A stretch of DNA of 62,546 nucleotides, filler included, from Babesia bigemina (GCF_000981445.1; 12 parts of 12 records of this genome joined end to end with filler, not necessarily neighbours in it); one strand, 5' to 3'. Positions 32,118-44,499 are shown, counted from the first letter of the whole stretch. Made by a program: numbers and translations. Notes: generated by a model from the letters alone, not told the origin.

Positions 32118-35100
32118 GTGGTGACCAAGATGCTGCCCAAAGTGTTGACCAATGTTATGACCAAAGTGCTGACCAAGGTGCTGCCCAAAGTGTTGACCAA
32201 GGTGCTGACCAATGTGCTGACCAAGGTGCTGCCCAAAGTGTTGACCAATCTGCTGACCAATGTGCTGACCAATGCCATGACCAAGCACCTGACCAATGTG
32301 CTGACCAATGCCATGACCAAGCACCTGACCAAGGTGATGGTCACGGCAGCGATGACATGGTTACGGCAGCGATGGCATGGTCACGGCAGCGATGGCATGG
32401 TTACGGCAGCGATGACAGTGGTGACTTAAGTTGCATTTATTATCCACTCTACATCGCTCCTTTATCCACTCTACATCGCCCCTTAATCCACTCTACATCG
32501 CTCCCTAACCCACTCTACATCGCCCCTTTACCCACTCTACATCGCTCCTTTATCCACTCTACATCGCTCCCTAATCCACTCCACATCGCCCCTTAACCCA
32601 CTCTACATTGCTCCCTAACCCACTCTACATCGCTCCCTTAATCACTCTACATCGCTCCCTAATCCACTCTACATCGCTCCTTATCCACTCTACATCGCTC
32701 CTTTATCCACTCTACATCGCTCCCTAACCCACTCTACATCGCTCCCTTAATCACTCTACATCGCTCCCTAATCCACTCTACATCGCTCCTTTATCCACTC
32801 TACATCGCCCCTTTACCCACTCTACATCGCCCCTTAACCCACTCCACATCGCCCCTTTATCCACTCTACATCCCTCCCTAACCCACTCTACATCGCTCCT
32901 TAACCCACTCTTCATCGCTCCCTAACCCACTCCACATCGCCCCTTTACCCACTCTACATCGCTCCCTAACCCACTCTACATCGCTCCCTAACCCACTCCA
33001 CATCGCTCCTTATCCACTCTACATCGCCCCTTAATCCACTCCACATCGCCCCTTAACCCACTCCACATCGCCCCTTTATCCACCCTTCATCGCCCCTTTA
33101 CCCACTCTACATCGCTCCCTAACCCATTCTACATCGCTCCCTAACCCACCCTTCATCGCCCCTTTATCCACTCTACATCGCTCCCTAACCCACTCTACAT
33201 CGCCCCTTAACCCACTCTACATCGCCCCTTACCCACTCTACATCGCTCCTTATCCACTCCACATCGCCCCTTTATCCACTCCACATCGCCCCTTTATCCA
33301 CTCTACATCGCCCCTTAACCCACTCTACATCGCTCCTTTACCCACTCTACATCGCCCCTTAACCCACTCTACATCGCCCCTTAACCCACTCTACATCGCT
33401 CCTTAACCCACTCTACATCGCCCCTTACCCACTCTACATCGCCCCTTTACCCACTCTACATCGCTCCCTTATCCACTCTACATCGCCCCTTTATCCATCC
33501 TACATCGCTCCCTAATCCACTCTATATCGCCCCTTTATCCACTCTACATCGCCCCTTAACCCACTCCACATCGCCCCTTTACCCACTCTACATCGCCCCT
33601 TTATCCACTCTACATCGCTCCTTATCCACTCTACATCGCTCCCTAACCCACTCTACATCGCCCCCTTTATCCATCCTACATCGCTCCCTAATCCACTCTA
33701 CATCGCCCCCTTTACCCACTCTACATCGCTTCCTTACCCACTCTACATCGCCCCTTTATCCACTCCACATCGCCCCTTTATCCACTCTACATCGCCCCTT
33801 AACCCACTCTACATCGCTCCCTAACCCACTCTTCATCGCTCCCTAACCCACTCCACATCGCCCCTTTATCCACTCCACATCGCTCCTTTATCCACTCCAC
33901 ATCGCTCCCTAACCCACTCCACATCGCCCCTTTATCCACTCCACATCGCTCCCTAACCCACTCCACATCGCCCCTTTATCCACCCTACATCGCCCCTTTA
34001 CCCACTCTACATCGCTCCTTTACCCACTCTACATCGCTCCCTAACCCACTCCACATCGCTCCTTAACCCACTCTACATCGCTCCTTAACCCACTCTACAT
34101 CGCCCCTTAACCCACTCTACATCGCCCCTTTACCCACTCTACATCGCCCTTTTATCCGCTCTACATCGCTGCCTAATCCACTCTACGTCGCCCCTTTATC
34201 GACTCTACATCGCCCCTTACCCACTCCACATCGCCCCTTAACCCACCTTACATCGCTCCTTTATCCACTCTACATCGCTCCTTTATCCACTCCACATCGC
34301 TCCCTAACCCACTCTACATCGCCCCTTAACCCACTCTACATCGCCCCTTAACCCACTCCACACCGCCCCTTAACCCACTCTACATCGCTCCCTAACCCAC
34401 TCCACATCGCTCCTTATCCACCTTACATCGCCCCTTTATCCACTCTACATCGCTCCTTAACCCACTCTACATCGCCCCTTTAACCACTCCACATCGCCCC
34501 TTAACCCACTCTACATCGCTCCTTTATCCACTCTACACCGCTCCCTAACCCACTCTACATCGCTTTTAACCCACTCTTCATCGCTCCCTAACCCACTCCA
34601 CATCGCTCCTTATCCACTCTACATCGCTCCTTAGTCCACTCCACATCGCCCCTTTACCCACTCCACATCGCTCCTTGATCCACTCTACATCGCTCCCTAA
34701 CCCACCTTACATCGCTCCCTAACCCACTCTACATCGCCCCTTATCCACTCTACATCGCTCCCTAACCCACTCTACATCGCTCCCTAACCCACTCTACATC
34801 GCCCCTTAACCCACTCTACATCGCTCCCTAACCCACTCTACATCGCCCCTTATCCACTCCACATCGCTGCCTAACCCACTCTACATCGCTACCTAACCCA
34901 CTCTACATCGCTCCTTTATCCACTCCACATCGCTCCTTTATCCACTCTACATCGCTCCTTAACCCACTCTACATCGCCCCTTAACCCACTCTACATCGCC
35001 CCTTTATCCACTCTACATCGCTCCTTAACCCACTCTACATCGCCCCTTATCCACTCCACATCGCCCCTTTCTCCACTCTACATCGCCCCTTTCTCCACTC

Positions 35101-35611
35101 TACATCGCCCCTTAACCCACTCTACATCGCCCCTTTGTCCACTCTACATCGCCCCTTTACCCACTCTACATCGCCCCTTATCCACTCTACATCGCTCCCT
35201 AACCCACTCTACATCGCTCCCTAACCCACTCCACATCGCCCCTTAACCCACTCTACATCGCTCCCTATGCCACTCTACATCGCTCCTTAACCCACTCTAC
35301 ATCGCCCCTTATCCACTCTACATCGCCCCTTATCCACTCTACATCGCCCCTTACCCACCCTACATCGCCCCTTCATCCACTCCACATCGCTCCCTAATCC
35401 ACCTTACATCGCTCCTTAACCCACTCTACATCGCTCTTCTATCCACTCTACATCGCCCCTTTACCCACTCCTCATCGCCCCTTAACCCACTCCACATCGC
35501 TCCCTAACCCACTCCACATCGCTCCCTAACCCACTCTACATCGCCCCTTTATCCACTCTACATCGCTCCCTACTCCACTCCACACCGCCCCTAACCCACT
35601 CTACATCCCTC
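32118..35611 (+). repeat. Spacer cassette: 12-bp 32118-32336, 20-bp 32337-32425, 22-bp 32441-35611 (longest, ~3.2 kb)
   Basis: Same modules and order. Confidence 0.95.
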
Positions 35612-35635
35612 GAATTACCTTGCCATAATACCGCT

Positions 35636-36286
35636 ATGACCTCTTTAAACCATCCTAATAACCTCTGCCTTGTCACCCTTCACTTACCTTCTTCCACCTC
35701 CTGCCACTGCCCTGACCATGTGCCGCTCAGGGAGCTTGGCAAGAAATTTGACAAAATTTAAAACCCTAAAATTACCTTAAATAATGACCCTGCTAACATC
35801 CTTAATAACCTTTGTACTGGCCTCGAGAAATTCCTCGGCTTCAACTCTGCTACCAAAGGCTACGATGGCCAGGGGATTGTGTACTCTGACTTGGATAGGC
35901 TGTGTGATGCAGTGATGGGATTTTTGCATGGTGTGCTTGAAGCGGTGAAAGAAGATGATGCAGTTAAAACGTACGATAAATACATGGATAGAAAGCTTAA
36001 TACAGTACTAGAAGAGGTAAATAAAAATATTGGCTCCGGGCGTAATGGGCTTGCGGCGTCTGTCGGCGCGGTGAGGGGGTGGTTGGAGGGGTATGAAGGT
36101 GTTCTTACCACCAATACTAAGAACCTTAGAAATGCGTATATAACACTAAGAGATTTTAATTTTTTAAAAATAGCGATGCACTTAGTTCACTTAAAAACTT
36201 AAAGGCGATGACATTTGCCAAGGTAGCCGACATCATAAATAGGTGTATTACTGAGGCCGGTAACTTGTCGAAAGACTTTACGCTGG
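35636..36286 (+). CDS. ves1: ves 5' fragment, in-frame TAA at 35759-35761, truncated by gap
   Basis: Leader + anchor + NIGSGRNGLAASVGAVRGWL; frameshift in T/A runs near 36160. Confidence 0.7.
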
Positions 36287-36412
36287 NNNNNNNNNNNNNN
36301 NNNNNNNNNNNNNNNNNNNNNNNNNNNNNNTTAATTAATTAANNNNNNNNNNNNNNNNNNNNNNNNNNNNNNNNNNNNNNNNNNNNAGAGATTCGTCATC
36401 AATCCTCATGCA

Positions 36413-36526
36413 GCACTCACCAACTGCAACGCGTACCACTGCCGCTCCCACTCCGCTCAACCTGCTGACATATCAATCACCCAGCAACGCACTCACCAAC
36501 TGCAACACGTACCACTGCCGCTCCCA
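36413..36526 (+). repeat. 38-bp direct repeat, two copies (36413-36450, 36489-36526)
   Basis: GCACTCACCAACTGCAACRCGTACCACTGCCGCTCCCA, one mismatch. Confidence 0.85.
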
Positions 36527-37044
36527 GTCCCCTCATCAACACCTACCCTCACCCCTGTGTTCCCCCAGCCCAGGCTACCGACACCCACGCTGCCCAGGAT
36601 ACCACAGCTTCCCTGACGCGACGCATGTGATTGGCACCAACAGCCACTTAAATTATTTATCATTCGCAACGCCATAAAAATTGCAGCGACCCGTGCGCTC
36701 AACTCCCACAGTGCAGCAGCACCGTTCTACGAGCCGCGGTATCGACGCCATGCTGGCGCAGCGGGTCGGCTAAGTGCCTAAATGTGATATTAACAATCGC
36801 TACATCGCCGCCTATAAACGCTACTTAACCAGGCCGACGCGGATAACTCCACCCTGCCGGTGACTCGCAACACACGACTTGGGTCACCCGCCGCGGCCCT
36901 CACGACCGCCTACGTTAGCGACCAATCACCTAGCCTCACCTGACACTCACTCAATGGGCAACGCGGACACCTCTCACAGCCAACGCGTGACTCAACGCAA
37001 CAGGCAATCAACGTCTTAACGCACCCACCAAATTACGGTTCATC

Positions 37045-37375
37045 CGCCAGCTTACCACGTTGCCCGGTTGCTAGGCCAACACTTTGCCTGGGTGCTAGGT
37101 TAGCACTTCGCCTGGGTGCCAGCTTAGCACTTTGCCTGTGTGCCAGCTTATCACGTTGCCTGAGTGCTAGCTTAGCACTGTGCCCTGGTGCTAGCTTAGC
37201 ACTTTGCCTGGGTGCTAGGTTAACACTTTGCCTGTGTGCTTGCTTAGCACTTTGCCTGTGTGCTTGCTTAGCACTTTGCCTGGTTGCGAGGTTAACACGT
37301 TGCCTGGATGCTAGCTTAGCACTTTGCCTGTGTGCTAGGTTAACACTTTGCCTGGTTGTTAGGTAGACACGTTGC
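37045..37375 (-). repeat. 24-bp tandem array (GCAAAGTGCTAAGCTAGCACCCAG-type)
   Basis: About 14 degenerate units downstream of the divergent ves gene. Confidence 0.9.
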
Positions 37376-37521
37376 ATTGTCGTTCACTCATCACCTCATC
37401 TAGGTGCTATCCAGTTCACAGGTTGCCGCTCGAGTAATTCGAGACATTAGACTACGTTTGTTTGTTAGGTGAGTAGGTGAGTAGTTACGTGAGTTACTGT
37501 GAATTACAAATGTGAATACAA

Positions 37522-39657
37522 TTACGGTTGTAGATAAGTTATCTTGGCAAGCCTTCCGACTTGCGCTGCAGCCAACAGTGATTGCGCAGTGATGGTGTGC
37601 GATGAGGGTGATCTGAGATGGGATCGGATGTGGAAAACGTCCAGGCGACCAACCATCACGCAGATGAGGTAGAAGAGGGACAGTGACCAGAGTGCGATGT
37701 TCAGCCATATAAACGGCTGCCTGATGGTGAATATGAATTCGTCACATTTTTGGAAGAGGTCAATGAAACATTTGGAATTTAATACGTTCTGCAGTTGTTT
37801 GTAGAAATTGTGACAGTATCTTTTATTCTCAAAGTCAGATAAGACTTCAGCATTACCAAATGTGAACCCGTAGGCGTAAAAGATGCTCCTTACACCGCGG
37901 CACTCAACAAGCCCTTTGCATCGGCAGTTGTAGTTAAGGCCATGTCTGCCTGGTTTACATTTGCCTCCATGTTGGCATTTGTCACATCCCCAATCCTGAC
38001 AGGAAATGTTACCGAAGGCATCTAGCAACGATTTCAGATATTCGTATAACGTCCACGCTGAATACAGTGCCCAGGACAGGTAGAGAGCAGTGTGCTTTTC
38101 GGCAGCATAGTAGTAGTAATCGCTGTATAAGGTCGACAGATATGGTGCGCAATGAATGTTTTTGTTTGGATAATTACATGTCGTTTCTTTCGACAAAGTT
38201 GACAAATCGGCGTCTGAAACGTTAGGATGCTCCATACCGTCGTGCCTTTTGTTGCTGTTATAAGCATTACAAAGCGCAATGGTAAGCTTCGATGGTTCAT
38301 TATAAAGGTCGATGGATTGATCCTTCGTTGATTTGACGAAAGCTGCACTAACAGCCTCTCTACCAGAACCATCGTTATTCAACACGTTTGCTAATTGCAA
38401 TGCGAACTCGAAGTGCTCGGGTAGTGACGTAGGCGGTCTGGGCATTAAGCCGAACAGCGTCGTTATATATGAGTTTGCAAAGAAATCACGTAGTATCTCA
38501 CACAGCTCTCTACCCGTCTTCACACTACCAGTAAACCCCCTGAAACCGAGAGGTGTCAGACACGGCATGCCTTTCTTAACCTTAGGGCACGTAGAACACA
38601 CAGCCCTGCAGCCGATGGATGATATATCGTGAGGCAGGTGACCAGGAAGAGAGTCGTGAAGATAGCTCATTAAGGGGGATGTTGCTTGGCAATTTGATTG
38701 ACAATTTGGTTGGTAATTTGCCTGGCACATTCGTTCATTATTTGACACGTCGGTGGGATGAACTTTGCATGGCCACTTGGATGTCTTTATGTCCTTGCCG
38801 TACCAGCAGTCACGCCATCCACCGTAATTCGCAGTGATATTGCACTGCCTATACAGATAATGGAGTACGGGACACAATCTACGAAGTACGTCAAGCAGCA
38901 TGTCAAGACAATCTGCGCCAGAGGTAGGATATTTCAGCCCGAGAGTGTTGATAGGGAAGTCACAGGCGTACATGGTGTATGCGTTTCCCGTGCCGAGGAC
39001 AGCAGTCAGCAGTTGGTATGAGCGCGACACGATATGTTCAATTGCAGCAGATACGTCAAACGCCGAAATCGCCTTCGGATACGCAGCAATTGGCGCTAGA
39101 ATTTTGTGCTCAGGGTCAGCGTTATCCGCTACCTTGTCAAAGAGTGAATCGCAATAATCACACAACTTATCGTATACTCCGTTGAACTGTAAACCGGAAC
39201 ACCAGAGAAGCATTTCGAAGACACTGCACGGCGACTTAGTCGATGAGAAGGTGGATAGGTGACAGACTTGAGCATATGGTTTAAGCAACGCGTAGAGGTC
39301 CGGGATCAATCCGTCCTCGTCGGCGTATTCCACAGGTATGATATGTGCTCCTGAGCTGAGAGCACCGGCAAGTCGAGCGTGACCAGGACTGAACAAGTTA
39401 TGCGTTTTGTTGCTTAGATTAGCTAGGACGTTGCTGCCGTCAAATGTTGACTTGTGATTTAGCTCTCCATATGGGCTTGTAGCCGGACGGCCAACATCGT
39501 ACCCGTTTTCCCCGAAGAATAACTTACGTAGGCTAGAATCCATATTTCCAGAATTATACCTTGTGTACAATGGCCATGATTCTCAGATTTTTCAAGTCCC
39601 TGTTTCAGCTCAGCCCATGCGTTATATAGGAAAGGAAACGTAATCCTACATATTTTT
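37522..39657 (-). CDS. ves1: VESA1b-like antigen, divergent subtype, 3' part
   Basis: ORF 37522..39570; tail WSLSLFYLICVMVGRLDVFHIRSHLRSPSSHTITAQSLLAAAQVGRLAKITYLQP*; indel near contig end. Confidence 0.85.
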
Positions 39658-39759
39658 NNNNNNNNNNNNNNNNNNNNNNNNNNNNNNNNNNNNNNNNNNN
39701 NTTAATTAATTAANNNNNNNNNNNNNNNNNNNNNNNNNNNNNNNNNNNNNNNNNNNNGA

Positions 39760-40476
39760 GCTCAGTGGTCGATCCCCCGAGCCTTAACAGGAGCCACTAG
39801 CGCGGTGTCCCTGGAATTCGCCAAAATCGCTGCTCGTGCCGATGCGTGGTTGACGGCATACACGACAGCATGTAGCGTGTCTGAGCGTGTAAACGTATTC
39901 TTTACCGGTCTGGAGGTGCTTCGTTCCGCTGCAGATGCGCGCAACGCAGCACAGCGTAACGCACAGCAGGAGAGCGCTGCGCTGGTTCGTTAGCCTCAGT
40001 TTGTAGCACACCTCTGTTGCAGCTTCTGGAATCCATCGACTCTGCGCTTGCATCGTTGTCGGGAATCCTTGAGGTGGCTTCCTCGACGACACGCAGCTAC
40101 TCGAGGCTTTCCGGGTACAAAGAGCAGCTGGAGCGTTACCGCAGATTTATTTGCGGTGCTGGGGAACGAGTTCGCGTTCGATCTCATAGTTCCGCAACAA
40201 CGGATCAGATACGTGATACCTCCACAGCCTCCCGCTCCTTCCCCCGGTGTTCAGGATCCTGAAGCCAGTCTAGCGCTGTCATCGCCTCCCGAAGATGAGT
40301 CCCAAGAAAACAATTCTAATTTTTCCCCTGACCCCCAGACCATCGCCGCCGTCATCGTTGCCATCATCGTCGCCATCATCCTGCTCGACCTGTGCATCTT
40401 CCGCTTCCCGGTGGGCCGCAACATCCGCGATTTCCTCGTCCGCAAGATACCCTTCTGCATCGCGTTTTACAGCTGA
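39760..40476 (+). CDS. Unnamed single-pass membrane protein family (copy 2), partial; predicted exons 39760-39984 and 40023-40476
   Basis: A 38-nt GTTCGT..TTGCAG intron (39985-40022) removes the TAG at 39991 and joins QQESAAL to LLESIDS; one extra C near 40140 links ERY to ADLFAVLG; Pro/Ser stalk, TM, short tail. Confidence 0.65.
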
Positions 40477-40599
40477 TCTCCACGATTGTTAGCGAAAACA
40501 TCGTCAATTCAAATTCCACGATCACCTAACTGGCAACTGACATCTAATGTTATAGACAGAGTAATGATAGCGTTGATGATCAATCACATGAGCGGTGAA

Positions 40600-41832
40600 G
40601 TGACCAAGCAATTGACCAATGTGCTGACCAATGTGTTGACCAATGTGCTGACCAACCACCTGACCAATGCCATGACCAACGTGGTGACCAATGCCACGAC
40701 CAAAGTGGTGACCAAGGTGGTGACCAAAGTGGTGACCAACGTGATGACCAAAGTGTTGACCAATGTGCTGACCAATGTGCTGACCAATGCGCTGACCAAT
40801 GTGCTGACCAACGTGATGACCAAAGTGTTGACCAATGTGCTGACCAATGTGCTGACCAAAGTGGTGAGCAAGTTGGTGGTTACGGCAGCGATGACTGGTC
40901 ACGGCAGCGATGACATGATTGAGGCAGCGATGACATGGTAACGGCAGCGATGAAATGGTCACGGCAGCGATGACATGGTTACGGCAGCGATGACAGTGGT
41001 GACCAACCACCTGACTAAAGGGGTGATTATTACCCACTCTACATCGCCCCTTACTCCACTCTACATCGCCCCTAACCCACTCTACATCGCCCCTTACCCA
41101 CTCTACATCGCCCCTTTATCCACTCTACATCGCCCCTTTATCCACTCTTCATCGCTCCCTAACCCACTACACATCGCTCCCTAATCCACTCTACATCGCC
41201 CCTTTATCCACTCTACATCGCCCCTTTACGCACTCTACATCGCCCTTTGTCCACTCTACATCGCTCTTAACCCACCCTACATCGCCCCTTAACCCACTCT
41301 ACATCGCCCCTTTATCCACTCTACATCGCTCCTTTGCCCACTATACATCGCTCCCTAACCCACTCTACATCGCCCCTTTATCCACTCTACATCGCCCCTT
41401 ATCCACTCTACATCGCTCCCTTATCCACTCAACATCGCTCCCTAATCCACCCTACATCGCCCCTTAACCCACTCTACATCGCTCCCTTACCCACTCTACA
41501 TCGCCCCTTTATCCACTCTACATCGCTCCCTAACCCACTCCACATCGCCCCTTTATCCACTCCACATCGCCCCTTAACCCACTCTACATCGCTCCCTAAC
41601 CCACTCTACATCGCTTTTTTATCCACTCCACATCGCCCCTTTACCCACTCTACATCGCTCCTTTACCCACTCTCCATCGCCCCTTATCCACTCTACATCG
41701 CCCCTTAACCCACTCTACATCGCTCCTTTATCCACTCTACATCGCCCCTTATCCACTCTACATCGCTCCTTTATCCACTCTACATCGCTCCTTATCCACT
41801 CTACATCGCTTCTTTATTTACTCTACATCGCT
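40600..41832 (+). repeat. Spacer cassette: 12-bp 40600-40872, 20-bp 40876-40996, 22-bp 41031-41832
   Basis: Same modules and order. Confidence 0.95.
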
Positions 41833-44399
41833 ACTAAGTCCCTCCAAGCCGAAAAATCTAAACTTTCTTGCCCCTTCAAATACTCTGATAATGAGACTGT
41901 CAGTACTACGAGAGCCGTATTAAGAAATGTGAAGATGAACTTAAAAATAATTCTCTTAAACCATATGAAAAATCCTTAGTAACTTCCACAAAAGATCAGT
42001 GTACTACGTCTAAAAATGCTTGTATAAATGCTCACCAAAAACATCCTCCATCTGCTGCCTTGAAGTCTGTTGAAGAGAAGATTGTCCAGCTTGGTGAATT
42101 GGCTGGTAAGCTTGGAGGATTTGTTGGTGAAAGTGAGAGTGTTAAGAAAGCCGTTGAGAAAGCTCAAGAATGTCTTAAAGAGCAACTTAAAAAGTGTGAA
42201 AACTGTAAAAAGTCTTCGCATAATTCTCATGATTGTCTAGATCCTTCGAATTGTCATGACATCACTCAGCAGATAGATAAACTTAAGAACTTTGAGAGAC
42301 AAATAAAGGCAACCAAAATAATTCACATGAATTGCTTAATAACCTTTGCACTGGCCTTGAAACTTTCCTCGGCTTCAACTCTGCTTCCAAAGGCTACGAC
42401 GGCACTGGGATTGTGTACTCCGACCTGGACAGGCTGTGTGACGGGGTGATGGGATTTTTGAGTGGTGTGCTTGGTGCGGTGAAAAACGAAAATGAAGTGA
42501 CAACTTATGATCAATACATCAGTGGAATGAAGCTTCAAACAGTACTAGACACCTTAACTAAAAATATTGGCACCGGTCGTGAAGGGCTTGCGGCGTCTGT
42601 CGGCGCGGTGAAGGGGTGGTTGGGGAAATATAATTCACAAGTTGAGACATTGACTAATAATGTTACTACAAAATTAGGTGAGTTAAGTACTAAATTATCA
42701 TCTCCTGCAGGTGAATATTACTCAAGAGTTTCAAGCGAAGAATGTTTTTCTCTTGGCAAGCTACTGAAGGAGTGGAAGTCGACGGTCAAAATGATTGAAA
42801 CAAATGTCAACAATATTCATAATAATGCTTCTAAATTAGATACTGCGTTAAGAAGTAGCGTGTTGCATGAGGTTAAGGCAATTAGCTTGACTGTTAAAAT
42901 GTTGACTGTTTCTGCTACAGATGAAGTGTTTAAGAGCCAAGTAAGGATTGCAGATCAGACACTGGTAGACCAGAGAGAGTCTATTAAGAACAAAATCAGA
43001 GAGGAATCCGATGTCCTCCATTCATGGTTGGAAACAGAATTTAAAAATATCCGTGCAAAGGTCACTGCTTTGCACGATACAAAAAAGGGCTACACTGAAG
43101 ATATCAAACAAAAGTTGCATGATGCTAAGAATATGTTGGATAATGATTTCGATGGGACATATAGAAATATAATTGAACATCATTTTAATAAAATAACAGA
43201 TGCAATGGAATACATTAAAAACGGGAGCACTAGCACAAAAGGAAAACTCAGAGAGGAATTCGAAAAAGTGAAACAGACGGTTGCGGTAATCGGTCAGGAG
43301 TTCACCAATGCAAACGATAATCTAGATCAGTGGAAAAAATACGCTACAAAGGTAGTTTGTGACGCTATGCGCGATGCAGGGACTGTGTATACGGAGTTGA
43401 ACCATAAGAAGCACGGTGATGGCCCTAGAAATACAGATATTGGTAAAGCAATTGATACCATTGAAGCAGCCAATACACAGATAGAAAAGATGAACACTAA
43501 TCTGGTTGAAATCCACAAAAACTTGGAAATTTGGAAAAAAGAGGCTGGAAAAGCAGTTACAGATGCAAAGACTAAGGTTAAGGAAATTGTGAATAAGCTT
43601 GATGGAAAAAATGATGAAGGCAAATATGGAGAGCGAAAAAAAATAACCGAAGCGGTAAGCGAACTGCAAGAACGAGCAGATAAGCTCTTAGGATTTGCCA
43701 AAAAGGCCAAGACGGAAGTCAGTAGCTTGATTAGGACATTGCCTGCGACAATGACGGAGGAAGTGCGTAACATTATAAAACAAGATTTGACCAAATTGAA
43801 GGGTGATTGTCAGACGTGGGTCAAGGATTATTTTAAAGGGCTTGAAGGTGTTAAGTGGGAGGATGCCTATGGTAAAGACGGTGTCATTCAAGGTCTGCAG
43901 GCAAATAGTAGCAGAATGCAGGCGTGGATTAAAGAGTTTAGTGATCATAGCACATATAATAACGAATTCAAGGAAACGATAAGAAGTCTGAAAAATCTCA
44001 AATACACATATAAGTCACCGTCCACCCAAATTACAGCTTTCTCTGCCATGGGAGAGGATGCCGGTACAAAAATTCATGACATGTATCGGAAAGTTGAGAG
44101 CGTCAACGGAAACATAATGCCGAAATTCGAAGAATCCAAGTCTACGGCGATCGACACAAACATTAAAAAATTTAACGGTGAGGGCATTCAAGAACTTGAT
44201 GGTCTCATCGTTGATACAGAAGGTGGTGGTGACGATAAAATAGGCACTAATACCTTCAAAAAGTTGGGGTGAAGACGTAAATAACAAGCTAACCGAATTT
44301 GCTAACGCTATCAGGCTATAGTGGACGGGAGGTGGAATCATGGGTCTCATTATACATGACTAAGCTGGAAACATGCTTGCCAGAATGAGAAATATTTGG
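41829..44399 (+). pseudogene. ves1: 5'-deleted ves copy (no leader), frameshifts at ~41897 and ~42296, long ORF 42332..44272
   Basis: Satellite joins directly to ATKSLQAEK coding sequence homologous to 49113 onward; 4-nt deletion versus 49180; anchor motif present. Confidence 0.75.
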
Positions 44400-44499
44400 N
44401 NNNNNNNNNNNNNNNNNNNNNNNNNNNNNNNNNNNNNNNNNNNTTAATTAATTAANNNNNNNNNNNNNNNNNNNNNNNNNNNNNNNNNNNNNNNNNNNN

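Noticed and set aside
32441..35611. CRISPR-like array (conserved core plus variable part)
   Set aside because: Variable part is ~8 nt of low-complexity variants rather than unique spacers; no cas genes; eukaryotic context.
35760..35772. Telomere-like AAAACCCTAAAA inside the leader
   Set aside because: Single unit, not conserved in other leaders (AACCTTAAAA, CACCTTAAAA).
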